The notes below the pieces were generated by a model. The model was not told the DNA's origin, ran no database searches, and was given only the letters and a program-made list of their open reading frames with translations. From positions 2,600,612-2,664,611 of the forward strand of contig OZ245364.1 in assembly GCA_965226545.1 (NCBI GenBank): 64,000 nt of DNA. Reading direction: 5' to 3'. A program made the translations under genes and the position numbers. Of the stretch, positions 54,760 through 63,454 are shown piece by piece; the stretch's first letter is position 1; every line of letters starts with the position of its first letter. The DNA is from Candidatus Poriferihabitaceae bacterium. GTDB taxonomy: Bacteria; Pseudomonadota; Gammaproteobacteria; Arenicellales; Poriferihabitantaceae.

Positions 54760-56175
54760 TTACAGTTGTCGGTTGCGCTGCCGGTTAATCGGCGACCACG
54801 CCGGGTCGCGCACCGAGCCGTTTTTCAATCGGATAATCTGCCGCACTTTGCCGTCCAACGAAACCACCTCGAGCACATTGCGCCCGGACAATTGCGTTGC
54901 GTACATAATCATCTCGCCGTTCGGCGCAAATGTCGGCGATTCGTCCAGCCAAGTTTCGGTCAATTCGGTCGCGGCAAAGTCGTCGGCAGAGTATACCCCA
55001 ACTCGATAGCCTTTGCCTTGGTTGGTTATCAGCGCGATTTTGCCGTCGACCGAATAATGCGCGGCCGCGTTGTAATTGCCGACGCGGGTGATGCGCCGCG
55101 CATCGCCGCCGCGCGATTTGATTCGATAGAGTTGCGGCGTGCCCGAGCGATTCGAAGTGAACAGAATCCATTTGCCGTCCGGCGACCACGCCGGTTCGGT
55201 GTCGATGGCGGTGTGGCGGGTCAGCCGACGCAAGGCGCCGTCGGATAATTGATGGATGTATATCTCGGCGTTGCCTTCCTTGGATAAGGTCAGCGCGATT
55301 TGTTTGCCGTTGGGCGACCAAGCCGGCGCGCCGTTGATGCCGTTATGCGCGGCGATGGCGCGGCGTTTGCCGCTCCATAAATCCTGCACATAAATCATCG
55401 AGCGGTTTTGTTCGAACGATACATACGCCAACTCGGCGCCGTTGGGCGACCAAGCCGGCGACAAAATCGGCTGCTTGGAGGCGAGTATCGTGCGCGCGTT
55501 ATGTCCGTCGGCATCGGCAACCTTTAACGAAAAGTTGTCTTCGCCGCCAATCGATTCGACCGTGATGTAGGCGATGCGGGTGTCGAACGCGCCGCTTTTG
55601 CCGGTGAGTTGTTCATGAATGATGTCGCTGATTTGATGCCCGACCTTGCGCAAGCCTTCGCCTTGCGCCAAAAATTTGCGCCCGGTTAATTGTTTTTGGC
55701 GAAACACATCGAGCAATCGAAAGCGCACTTCGAGCCGCCCGTCGGCAACCGCATCGATGCGCCCGATGACCAACATCTCGGCTTTGAGCAACCGCCAATT
55801 TTTATAATTCACTTCATCCGGCGCGGTCGGCGTCGCCGGAAAATCGCCGCGCGCAATCGGCTCGAATTTGCCGCTGCGGTCGAGGTCGGATTCGATAATA
55901 TCCGCCAGCAACACGCCGTTGGCGGCATCGGCGTCGCCGCCAAACGGCACCACCGCAATCGGCGCGCCTATCTCGCTGCCTTCGGTGATTTCAATCGTCA
56001 ACAATGCGTGCGCCGGTGCGCCGATTACCGACAACGCCGACAGCAACATCACCATCAACGCTGACAGTAGACCTGCGCAGGTGCGGCGAATCAATTGTGC
56101 CAAGCGGCGGCGAGTGTGTCGGCGATGGCGAAATGCCGGCGGCGTGCCGGCATCGAATGCGGTGGCGTCAGTCAT
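54760..56175 (-). CDS. tolB: Tol-Pal system beta-propeller protein TolB
   Basis: Repeated PAWSPDG/PAWSPNG blades and an N-terminal TolB domain. The start is uncertain (ATG 56175 or 56223). Confidence 0.9.
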   Translation of the reverse strand: MTDATAFDAGTPPAFRHRRHTRRRLAQLIRRTCAGLLSALMVMLLSALSVIGAPAHALLTIEITEGSEIGAPIAVVPFGGDADAANGVLLADIIESDLDRSGKFEPIARGDFPATPTAPDEVNYKNWRLLKAEMLVIGRIDAVADGRLEVRFRLLDVFRQKQLTGRKFLAQGEGLRKVGHQISDIIHEQLTGKSGAFDTRIAYITVESIGGEDNFSLKVADADGHNARTILASKQPILSPAWSPNGAELAYVSFEQNRSMIYVQDLWSGKRRAIAAHNGINGAPAWSPNGKQIALTLSKEGNAEIYIHQLSDGALRRLTRHTAIDTEPAWSPDGKWILFTSNRSGTPQLYRIKSRGGDARRITRVGNYNAAAHYSVDGKIALITNQGKGYRVGVYSADDFAATELTETWLDESPTFAPNGEMIMYATQLSGRNVLEVVSLDGKVRQIIRLKNGSVRDPAWSPINRQRNRQL

Positions 56176-56228
56176 TGGTCGGCGGCGATGGTTGCGAACG
56201 TTGATTATGGCTGAGGTCGACATTGCGT

Positions 56229-56963
56229 TTAGCGCAAGGCGTCCGGGGAAAACTTAAAATCAAATTCGTTGATGTATTCATAATACTCCGGGTTGGGGGG
56301 AAACGGCAACGGCGACGATTTATGCACGGCGATTTCGGCCGAGCGGTCGAACATCGAATCGCCGCTGCTGTGGGCCACCACCGCCGACAACACCCGCCCG
56401 CTTTGCGCGACCTTGACGCGAATCGTCACGCTTAAGCCCGCTTGACTGGTTTGCGGCTTGCGCCAATTTTTTCGCACCGCAAAGCGAATTCGGTCGACCA
56501 ATGCACTCAATGCATCAGCCGCCTCGCGTTGGGTTTGTGCGCGTTGTTCGGCTTCGATTTGGCGGCGCAGTTCATCCTTGCGGCGTTGTTCATCTTCGCG
56601 CAATTGACGCGCGGCTTCGGCTTGCGCCTTTTGTTCGGCTTCGGCTTTGGCTTTGGCGGCGGCTTCGGCTTTGCGTTTTTGTTCGGCTTTGCGTTTTTTT
56701 TCGGCGCGTTGTTCAGCCAGTTTACGTTCGCGCGCCGCTTGCGCTTGGCGGGCGCGTTCGGCGCGTTCGATGCGTTGTTGTCGCGCCGCGCGCACTTCCT
56801 TATCGGACACCGCGCGCGCTTCAATCGGCGCGGCGCCGCCCGGCTCGATGGTTTGCACCCAACTAAACCCGATGGTCAAAAACACAAACAACAGCCCGTG
56901 TACCGCCGCGGTAAACAACGCCGATGTTGACACTTGACGCCATTGCCGCCAACGCCCGCCCAT
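56229..56963 (-). CDS. tolA: TolA
   Basis: N-terminal TM, long AEQKRKAEAAAKAKAEAEQKAQAEAARQ helical domain and a C-terminal TolA/TonB-like domain. Its position is between tolR and tolB. Confidence 0.85.
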   Translation of the reverse strand: MGGRWRQWRQVSTSALFTAAVHGLLFVFLTIGFSWVQTIEPGGAAPIEARAVSDKEVRAARQQRIERAERARQAQAARERKLAEQRAEKKRKAEQKRKAEAAAKAKAEAEQKAQAEAARQLREDEQRRKDELRRQIEAEQRAQTQREAADALSALVDRIRFAVRKNWRKPQTSQAGLSVTIRVKVAQSGRVLSAVVAHSSGDSMFDRSAEIAVHKSSPLPFPPNPEYYEYINEFDFKFSPDALR

Positions 56964-56989
56964 CAAGATATCCCGTTATGAGGTTGCGG

Positions 56990-57406
56990 TTACGAGGTTG
57001 GCGGCTCGGTCACCAACCCGACCGATTGCACGCCGGCGGCTTGCAACAACACCATCGCGCGCACCACAAAACGATAGGCAACATTGGCGTCGCCGCGCAC
57101 CAAAAACGGCAACGCCGGATTGCGCCGCAACACCGCGCGCGCGCGAGTTTCTATGTCGCGCGGCGACACGGCGGCGGCGCGGTTGTCGTTGAGATAATAG
57201 TTGCCGGCGGCGTCTACGGTGACCACAAACGGTTCTTCCTCTTCGGGCGTCAACGTTTTCGCCGCGGCTTGCGGCAATTCAACTTTGACGCCTTGACTAA
57301 GCAACGGCGCGGTGACCATAAAAATCACCAGCAACACCAACATTACATCGATGTACGGCACGACGTTAATTTCGCCGACCAATCGTCTGCGGCGTTTGCG
57401 AATCAT
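56990..57406 (-). CDS. tolR: TolR (ExbD/TolR family)
   Basis: EINVVPYIDVMLVLLVIFMVTAP. ATGA overlap with tolQ. Confidence 0.9.
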   Translation of the reverse strand: MIRKRRRRLVGEINVVPYIDVMLVLLVIFMVTAPLLSQGVKVELPQAAAKTLTPEEEEPFVVTVDAAGNYYLNDNRAAAVSPRDIETRARAVLRRNPALPFLVRGDANVAYRFVVRAMVLLQAAGVQSVGLVTEPPTS

Positions 57407-58119
57407 TCGCCGCGTCCGGCCATGTCTTGGCGATTGACGATGCTTAAGAATTCCTCCATAAACACTTCATAACGATTGCCGAGTCGTTCGGCGCGGTGGA
57501 TGAAACTGTTATAGGCGATGACCGCCGGGATGGCCGCGAACAATCCCATCGCGGTTGCAATCAACGCTTCGGAAATGCCCGGGGCGACCGTGGCGATGGT
57601 GACGGATTGCATCACGCCAATCGCGCGAAAGGAATTCATAATGCCCCACACCGTGCCGAACAACCCGACATACGGACTGGTCGAGCCGACCGTTGCCAAA
57701 AACGGCAGATGCACTTCGAGATGGTCGACTTCACGGCTGAGGGCGACGCGCATTGCGCGATGCACGCCGTCGACGGTGTCGCTGCGGTTGGCGTTGGTTT
57801 TTTGTCGCAACCGCAAATATTCGCCGTAGCCGGCGAGGAAGATGAGGACGATGCCTTCGGGTTCATCGCGCGCCTCCAAGTCGCCGCTCCATTTGCGATA
57901 GAGTTGATTCATCTTGCCGCCGGACCAAAACTGCGCCTCGAATTCATCGGCGATGCGCGTCAGTCGTTTATACGCGGCGCGCTTGCGGTCAATCAAAAAC
58001 CACGACAGCAACGACGCCGCCAACAACAACACCAGCACCAACTGCACCAACAACCCGGCGTTGGCCAACAGCGAAAGGATTGACAAGCCGTCCGTTGCGG
58101 CGGTGATTTCAATCGGCAT
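57403..58119 (-). CDS. tolQ: TolQ (MotA/TolQ/ExbB family)
   Basis: LATVGSTSPYVGLFGTVWGIMNSF...APGISEALIATAMGLFAAIPAVIAYN. ATG at 58119. Confidence 0.9.
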   Translation of the reverse strand: MPIEITAATDGLSILSLLANAGLLVQLVLVLLLAASLLSWFLIDRKRAAYKRLTRIADEFEAQFWSGGKMNQLYRKWSGDLEARDEPEGIVLIFLAGYGEYLRLRQKTNANRSDTVDGVHRAMRVALSREVDHLEVHLPFLATVGSTSPYVGLFGTVWGIMNSFRAIGVMQSVTIATVAPGISEALIATAMGLFAAIPAVIAYNSFIHRAERLGNRYEVFMEEFLSIVNRQDMAGRGE

Positions 58120-58131
58120 GGGCGCGAACAA

Positions 58132-58505
58132 AAAGGGTGGCGGGGAGGATGGCGCGGACTATACCATTAAAAGTTAACTTGCAAAGTTAATGTTAAAAGT
58201 AAGAGTGCAAGTGAAAGTAAAAGTAAAGTTAATAATTTAAAGTTAACCATTAATAACCGAACGTTAACGAAAACATTGACGGTGATATTAATGTTGATGT
58301 TGATGAAGTGTTAACAATCATTAATAACAACACCGGCCATTGCGCGCATTAATCAAATGTTAATAATGTCGTTGATGACAATGTCGATAGACAGTGACAA
58401 TGTTAATGGCAATGTTGATGACGGCATCGATGACAACGTCGATGACAATGTTGACGACAATGTCGATGACGACAACGACGGTAACAAAACCAAATCACCG
58501 CCACA
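58132..58505. repeat. Longest AT-rich repeat spacer; includes 12-nt periodic gatgacaaygty units at 58429-58485
   Basis: gatgacaacgtc gatgacaatgtt gacgacaatgtc gatgacgacaac, preceded by gtaaaagt / gttaat word runs. Confidence 0.9.
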
Positions 58506-59627
58506 TCACTTACCCGCCCCCGTATCTTCCGGCAACGCGCCTTGCGCGGTTTGTTGCGCAAATCTGCGCGCGGCGTCGGGCGGCATATCGATGTGCAGAT
58601 GTTGCCACGCCGCGCGCGTCGCTTCGCGGCCGCGCGCGGTGCGTTTTAACAATCCTTGTTGAATTAAATACGGTTCGATGACGTCCTCTATCGTGCCGCG
58701 TTCTTCGCCGATGGCCGCGGCGATGCTTTCGATGCCGACCGGGCCGCCGTCAAAGTTGCGCATAATCGCAAGCAACACTTCGCGGTCGAGCAAATCCAAA
58801 CCGCGTTGATCGACCGCCAACATATCCAATGCCGCGTTGGCGGTCGCCTCGGTCAATCGACTGTCGGCGCGCACTTCGGCATAATCGCGCACCCGCCGCA
58901 ACAATCGATTGGCGATGCGCGGCGTGCCGCGTGCGCGCGCGGCGACCGCGGCCACGCCGCCCAATTCGTAATCGACCTCGAGCAGTTTCGCCGAACGTTC
59001 GACGATTTGCGCCAATTCATCGGCGGTGTAAAACTGCAGCCGCTGCACAATGCCGAATCGCCCGCGCAACGGCGAAGTCAACAACCCGGCGCGCGTGGTT
59101 GCGCCGACCAAGGTAAACGGCGGCAAACTTAATCGTATCGACCGCGCCGCCGGGCCTTCGCCGATGATGATGTCGAGATGATAATCCTCCATCGCCGGAT
59201 ACAAAATCTCCTCAATCGCCGGGCTCATTCGATGAATTTCATCGATGAACAACACATCGCCCTTTTCCAAATTGGTTAATATCGCGGCCAAGTCGCCGGC
59301 TTTTTCCAGCACCGGGCCGGAAGTTTGCCGCAGGCGCGCGCCCATTTCATTGGCGACGATGTGCGCCAAGGTGGTCTTGCCCAAGCCGGGCGGGCCAAAC
59401 ACCAGCACATGGTCGAGCGTGCCGCCGCGATTGCGCGCCGCTTGAATAAACACGCCGAGTTGTTCGCGCGTATCCGGCTGCCCGATAAACTCATGCATGC
59501 GTGCCGGGCGCAACGTTTGTTCGATGCGCTCATCCGGCGCATCGCTTTCGCCGGACAACAACGGATTGCCGGCGGGGTTGGATGTGGATTTAACTTTGGA
59601 GTTCGAGTTGGATGCGGATGCGTTCAT
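58506..59627 (-). CDS. ruvB: Holliday junction helicase RuvB
   Basis: [32 protein letters not shown]. Confidence 0.95.
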   Translation of the reverse strand: MNASASNSNSKVKSTSNPAGNPLLSGESDAPDERIEQTLRPARMHEFIGQPDTREQLGVFIQAARNRGGTLDHVLVFGPPGLGKTTLAHIVANEMGARLRQTSGPVLEKAGDLAAILTNLEKGDVLFIDEIHRMSPAIEEILYPAMEDYHLDIIIGEGPAARSIRLSLPPFTLVGATTRAGLLTSPLRGRFGIVQRLQFYTADELAQIVERSAKLLEVDYELGGVAAVAARARGTPRIANRLLRRVRDYAEVRADSRLTEATANAALDMLAVDQRGLDLLDREVLLAIMRNFDGGPVGIESIAAAIGEERGTIEDVIEPYLIQQGLLKRTARGREATRAAWQHLHIDMPPDAARRFAQQTAQGALPEDTGAGK

Positions 59628-59688
59628 CGATATCGATTCAGTTGGATGTCAACATGTTACTTGGCGGCGACGGCTATGTCTTGCACTG

Positions 59689-60285
59689 TTATGCCTTGCC
59701 CGCCGGCGCACTTAAATATTGCAACGCACTTTTAATTAATTCCTCGCGCCCGTTGGCGTCGCCGCGCACCGCGCGCAAGGCGCGGTTGATGGCGGCGGCG
59801 TTATAACCCAATGCAAGCAAGGCCGCGGCCGCATCGTGTTCGGGGGCGTCCGCCGCGGGCGGGTGGGTCGAGTCGACGGCGAAATCGGCCATTCGGTCGC
59901 GCAGTTGAAAGATGATTTGCTCGGCGGTTTTTGCGCCGATGCCGGGCACGCGCGTCAACGCGCCGACATCGCCTCGATGAATGCAGCCGGCGAATTCATC
60001 ATTGCGCAAGGTCGATAAAATCGCCAATGCCACGCGCGGCCCAACGCCGCTGACGCGCAACAACACGCGAAACAATTCGCGCTGCGTACGTTCGGTGAAG
60101 CCGAACAACAAATGCGCATCGTCGCGCACCACGCAATGCACAAACAACGCGACCTGCGCGTCGCCATCCGGCAATTCATAAAATGCGGTCATCGGCGCCT
60201 CCAATTCATAACCGACGCCGCCGACATCCAACAACAACATCGGCGGTTTTTTGTCGAGCACCCGACCGCGCAAAAATCCAATCAT
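59689..60285 (-). CDS. ruvA: Holliday junction DNA-binding protein RuvA
   Basis: Start at MIGFLRGRVLDKKPPMLLLDVGGVGYELEAPM. HhH segment LTRVPGIGAKTAEQI. Confidence 0.95.
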   Translation of the reverse strand: MIGFLRGRVLDKKPPMLLLDVGGVGYELEAPMTAFYELPDGDAQVALFVHCVVRDDAHLLFGFTERTQRELFRVLLRVSGVGPRVALAILSTLRNDEFAGCIHRGDVGALTRVPGIGAKTAEQIIFQLRDRMADFAVDSTHPPAADAPEHDAAAALLALGYNAAAINRALRAVRGDANGREELIKSALQYLSAPAGKA

Positions 60286-60328
60286 TTGATTCTCGAAGTT
60301 TTGATTCGCATAAGCGACACGGTAAAAA

Positions 60329-60385
60329 GTATGGTGAGTATGGTGAGTACGGTAAGCACTGTAATCACAATAACAACAGTAACAG
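60329..60385. repeat. 9-nt periodic repeat (gtatggtga-like) upstream of ruvA
   Basis: gtatggtga gtatggtga gtacggtaa gcactgtaa tcacaataa caacagtaa. Confidence 0.85.
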
Positions 60386-60559
60386 TAGACGATGCAGTAC
60401 ATCATGTCGCAAACAATTTATTAACTAATAACTAAAACTAAACTTAAAACAAACGCACGAAACAATGCATTAATAAATCGATACATTAATACGTTAATAC
60501 ATTAATGCATTAATACATCGACGCACCGCTACACGACATCGATGGCAACGCCATGCATC

Positions 60560-61054
60560 TTAAGACGCGCGCCGCAGTTTTTCCTCCACCTGCATCGTAT
60601 GAATATGGCAAATCGCGCACGCCAATGCATCGGCTTCATCAAAACCCGGCGGCGCATCCAAGCCGAGCAGTATGCGCACCATGTGCTGCACTTGTTGCTT
60701 ATCCGCCGCGCCCTTGCCGACCACCGCGCGCTTAATTTGCAGCGCGCTGTATTCGACAACATCGCAGCCGGCAACCGTGGCTGCGCAAATTGCACTGCCG
60801 CTGGCTTGCCCAAGCACCAACGCCGAACGCGGATTGCGCGCGACAAACACGCGCTCGACCGCCACAACTTGCGGCGCATGCGCATCGATGATGCGCTGCA
60901 CGCCGCGATAAATATCGCCGAGCCGCGCGCTCAATTGCGCATCGCGCATCGTTATGCAATCGCCGCCAACCCGCCGCAATCGATCGCCGTCGGCTTCGAC
61001 CACGCCAAGCCCGGTGCGGCGCGAACCCGGGTCAATGCCGAGTACGCGCATCAA
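60560..61054 (-). CDS. ruvC: Holliday junction resolvase RuvC
   Basis: MMRVLGIDPGSRRTGLGVVE...AVERVFV...DEADALACAICH. Confidence 0.95.
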   Translation of the reverse strand: MMRVLGIDPGSRRTGLGVVEADGDRLRRVGGDCITMRDAQLSARLGDIYRGVQRIIDAHAPQVVAVERVFVARNPRSALVLGQASGSAICAATVAGCDVVEYSALQIKRAVVGKGAADKQQVQHMVRILLGLDAPPGFDEADALACAICHIHTMQVEEKLRRAS

Positions 61055-61800
61055 CCCGCCGCGTCGCCGCCGCTGTCGTCGCCGACAAACATTGCATTGG
61101 TGAAGACGTTTTGTACATCGTCCAATTGTTCCAATGCATCGATTAACTTGCCGACTTGTTCGGCGGCATCGCCTTGCAATTCGGTTTGCGTCGTGGCGCG
61201 ATAAATTAATTCCGCCATATCCGGCACAACGCCTTCGGCTTTAAACGCGCCTTCGACGCGCAAAAATTCGCGCGGCGGCGCGGTCACTTCGACAACGCCG
61301 TCTTCACTGTCGATATCCTCGGCGCCGGCGCGCAAGGCGATTTCCATAATGCGCTCTTCGTCGGCGTTTTCGGAAAACACCAAGCAGCCGATGTGTTCAA
61401 ACAAATACGCGACCGAGCCGTCGGTGCCGAGATTGCCGCCGTGTTTGGTGAATGCATGGCGCACTTCGCCGACCGAACGATTGCGATTGTCGGTCGCGCA
61501 TTCGACCAACACGGCCACGCCGTGCGGCGCATACCCTTCATAGCGAATCTCCTCCATTGCCCGCCCATCGCCGTCGCCGGCGCCGCGCTTGACCGCGCGC
61601 GCAATCGTATCGCGCGTCATGTTCGCCGCCAACGCCTTATCCACCGCCGACCGCAACCGCGGATTCGCATCCGCATCCCCCCCGCCCAACCGCGCCGCGA
61701 CGGTGATTTCCTTTATCAACTTGGTAAACACCCGCCCGCGCTTGGCGTCTTGCGCGGCTTTGCGGAATTTAATGTTTGCCCATTTGCTGTGGCCGGCCAT
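61051..61800 (-). CDS. yebC: YebC/PmpR-family DNA-binding regulator
   Basis: MAGHSKWANIKFRKAAQDAKRGRVFTKL... 4-nt overlap with ruvC. Confidence 0.95.
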   Translation of the reverse strand: MAGHSKWANIKFRKAAQDAKRGRVFTKLIKEITVAARLGGGDADANPRLRSAVDKALAANMTRDTIARAVKRGAGDGDGRAMEEIRYEGYAPHGVAVLVECATDNRNRSVGEVRHAFTKHGGNLGTDGSVAYLFEHIGCLVFSENADEERIMEIALRAGAEDIDSEDGVVEVTAPPREFLRVEGAFKAEGVVPDMAELIYRATTQTELQGDAAEQVGKLIDALEQLDDVQNVFTNAMFVGDDSGGDAAG

Positions 61801-61814
61801 GCGGTTACTTCACG

Positions 61815-62636
61815 TTAATTGGTTGCGCCATTTTCGATGGCTTCTTTGGCAAAACGTTGGAACATTTTATCCAACTGTTCCGGGCTTAACGCATTAAGCA
61901 TAATGCGCCCGCCTTGTCGGTTTATCCGCTTCATAAATTCGCGGAAGTTGTCTCGCTTGTAAATATCAAGGTTTTGTTTTTCGTAAAGCGCTTTGCCAAG
62001 CACGCGAATGACGCCGTTAAAAATTTCCGCACTTGCGCTTGCCGAAGTACGCTCGAGCAGGTTGGCGCGTACATCGGAATTTTTCAGCAAAATGGTTAGG
62101 GTTTTTTCAAGGTCGTAGTCCTTCTTGCAACGAGACGCCGCGTACCCCATCCACCAAAGGCGCGCAACGGCATTATTGCGGATTAATCCGCGTGCATCGC
62201 GCGCAAAATAATGCGCTTGCACATGCTTAATTTGCCGTTTTTTAATTTCAACCTCTTTTTCGTTTTCGGTTTTTTCTTTTTGACCTTTTTTGGATTTCCC
62301 GGCAGTTTTAGGGAAATTGCTCCAACGTGTGCGCGTGTACTTGTTGGCAGCCACATGCGTGGCATAAACCCAAATGCGCTCATCCGCCGCTTGTTGCGGC
62401 GAAAGGCATTTTAATGCGGTGTAAACGGCGATGATGTTTTCTTTGTCGTGCTCTTCGTCGCCTTTGTCATTCAGCGCTTCAAAGCAATCCAAGTTTGCCG
62501 TCAACTTCATCTCGTTGTAATCGGTAAACACGACGGGGGGCGCGTCTTGCTCGTCCCGATACCAATCGAGATTTTCCACAATCGCGCTTTTTAAGTCATC
62601 GACCTGACTCAACGTAAAAAAACGAATTCGATTCAT
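61815..62636 (-). CDS. Hypothetical protein (273 aa), low-GC operon, Lys/Glu-rich internal insert
   Basis: Clean ORF with ordinary amino-acid composition, unlike the Arg/Ala-rich shadow ORFs elsewhere. ATGA overlap with the upstream gene. I recognise no family. Segments include ERIWVYATHV and NAVARLWWMGY. Confidence 0.6.
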   Translation of the reverse strand: MNRIRFFTLSQVDDLKSAIVENLDWYRDEQDAPPVVFTDYNEMKLTANLDCFEALNDKGDEEHDKENIIAVYTALKCLSPQQAADERIWVYATHVAANKYTRTRWSNFPKTAGKSKKGQKEKTENEKEVEIKKRQIKHVQAHYFARDARGLIRNNAVARLWWMGYAASRCKKDYDLEKTLTILLKNSDVRANLLERTSASASAEIFNGVIRVLGKALYEKQNLDIYKRDNFREFMKRINRQGGRIMLNALSPEQLDKMFQRFAKEAIENGATN

Positions 62637-63454
62637 TTTATCCTCTCAAGGTGCGTCAACATCGTACCAAGCGGGTTACGCATAAGTTTTTGCGTAATCA
62701 TAAACGGGTCGATGTTGGATAAATCTTTATCCTCGAAGTGATGCGCAAACACGCGATACCAACGTTTGCCGGATTCCGCATCGTCGATTTTCATTTGTTG
62801 CAGTACTTCGATAATCGCCGTCAAGTAAACCAACATTGCGATTGGTTTGTAATTCGAGTTTCCGCGCATCGCCTCAAATTTGGATTTGTCGCTGGGATTC
62901 ATTTGAATCTTTACTTTGTCACCGCTTGTATCCACCGAAAATTGTCCGGCGACAACGGTGTGGTTTGCGACCAGGTCAATAACCGAATGAATCGGTTTGG
63001 CTAATTCGGTGCTCCAGTAATACGAAAACGCGCCGTCAGCGGCCAGCACATCGCCGGGTTGCAAATCAAACGAAGCATTTTCGCCGAATTCACCGTTGAA
63101 ATTTTTGCTTGCGTGATTTTTAACTTCCGCAGTGCAGACAACAAATGCATTCACATCCACATCGGCAAAAAGCGCGCCTTTGTCCAGCGAAATTTTTCCG
63201 CTTTCTTCTTGCGTTTTAAACACGCACCGAAAAAGCGTCATTGGGCAATGAATTTCCAGCGCGTACGCCGCTTTATTGTCGCGGATAAGTTCACGAATGC
63301 TTTCTTCGTTAACGGTGAATTTGAACGCTATCGACGGAATGTTGTCTTTGCTTATCACAAAGTCACGAGTTAATTGAAACGCCCGATTCACATAATCGTC
63401 GGCTTGATTCCACAGCACTGGGTGCGGAAACGTCTTATTTGCCAACAGTTTCAT
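62633..63454 (-). CDS. Hypothetical protein (273 aa), low-GC operon, possible PD-(D/E)xK-like motif
   Basis: Clean ORF with ATGA overlaps at both ends. AYALEIHC ... FADVDVNAFVVCTAEVK gives an E ... D ... ExK spacing. No family recognised. Confidence 0.6.
   Translation of the reverse strand: MKLLANKTFPHPVLWNQADDYVNRAFQLTRDFVISKDNIPSIAFKFTVNEESIRELIRDNKAAYALEIHCPMTLFRCVFKTQEESGKISLDKGALFADVDVNAFVVCTAEVKNHASKNFNGEFGENASFDLQPGDVLAADGAFSYYWSTELAKPIHSVIDLVANHTVVAGQFSVDTSGDKVKIQMNPSDKSKFEAMRGNSNYKPIAMLVYLTAIIEVLQQMKIDDAESGKRWYRVFAHHFEDKDLSNIDPFMITQKLMRNPLGTMLTHLERIK

Noticed and set aside
60286-60440. A LexA (SOS) box upstream of ruvA; also considered upstream of denV.
   Set aside because: CTGT and ACAG words occur (ctgtaatcacaataacaacag), but the spacing is 13 nt and not the 8 nt of CTGT-N8-ACAG. 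They are part of the 9-mer repeat.
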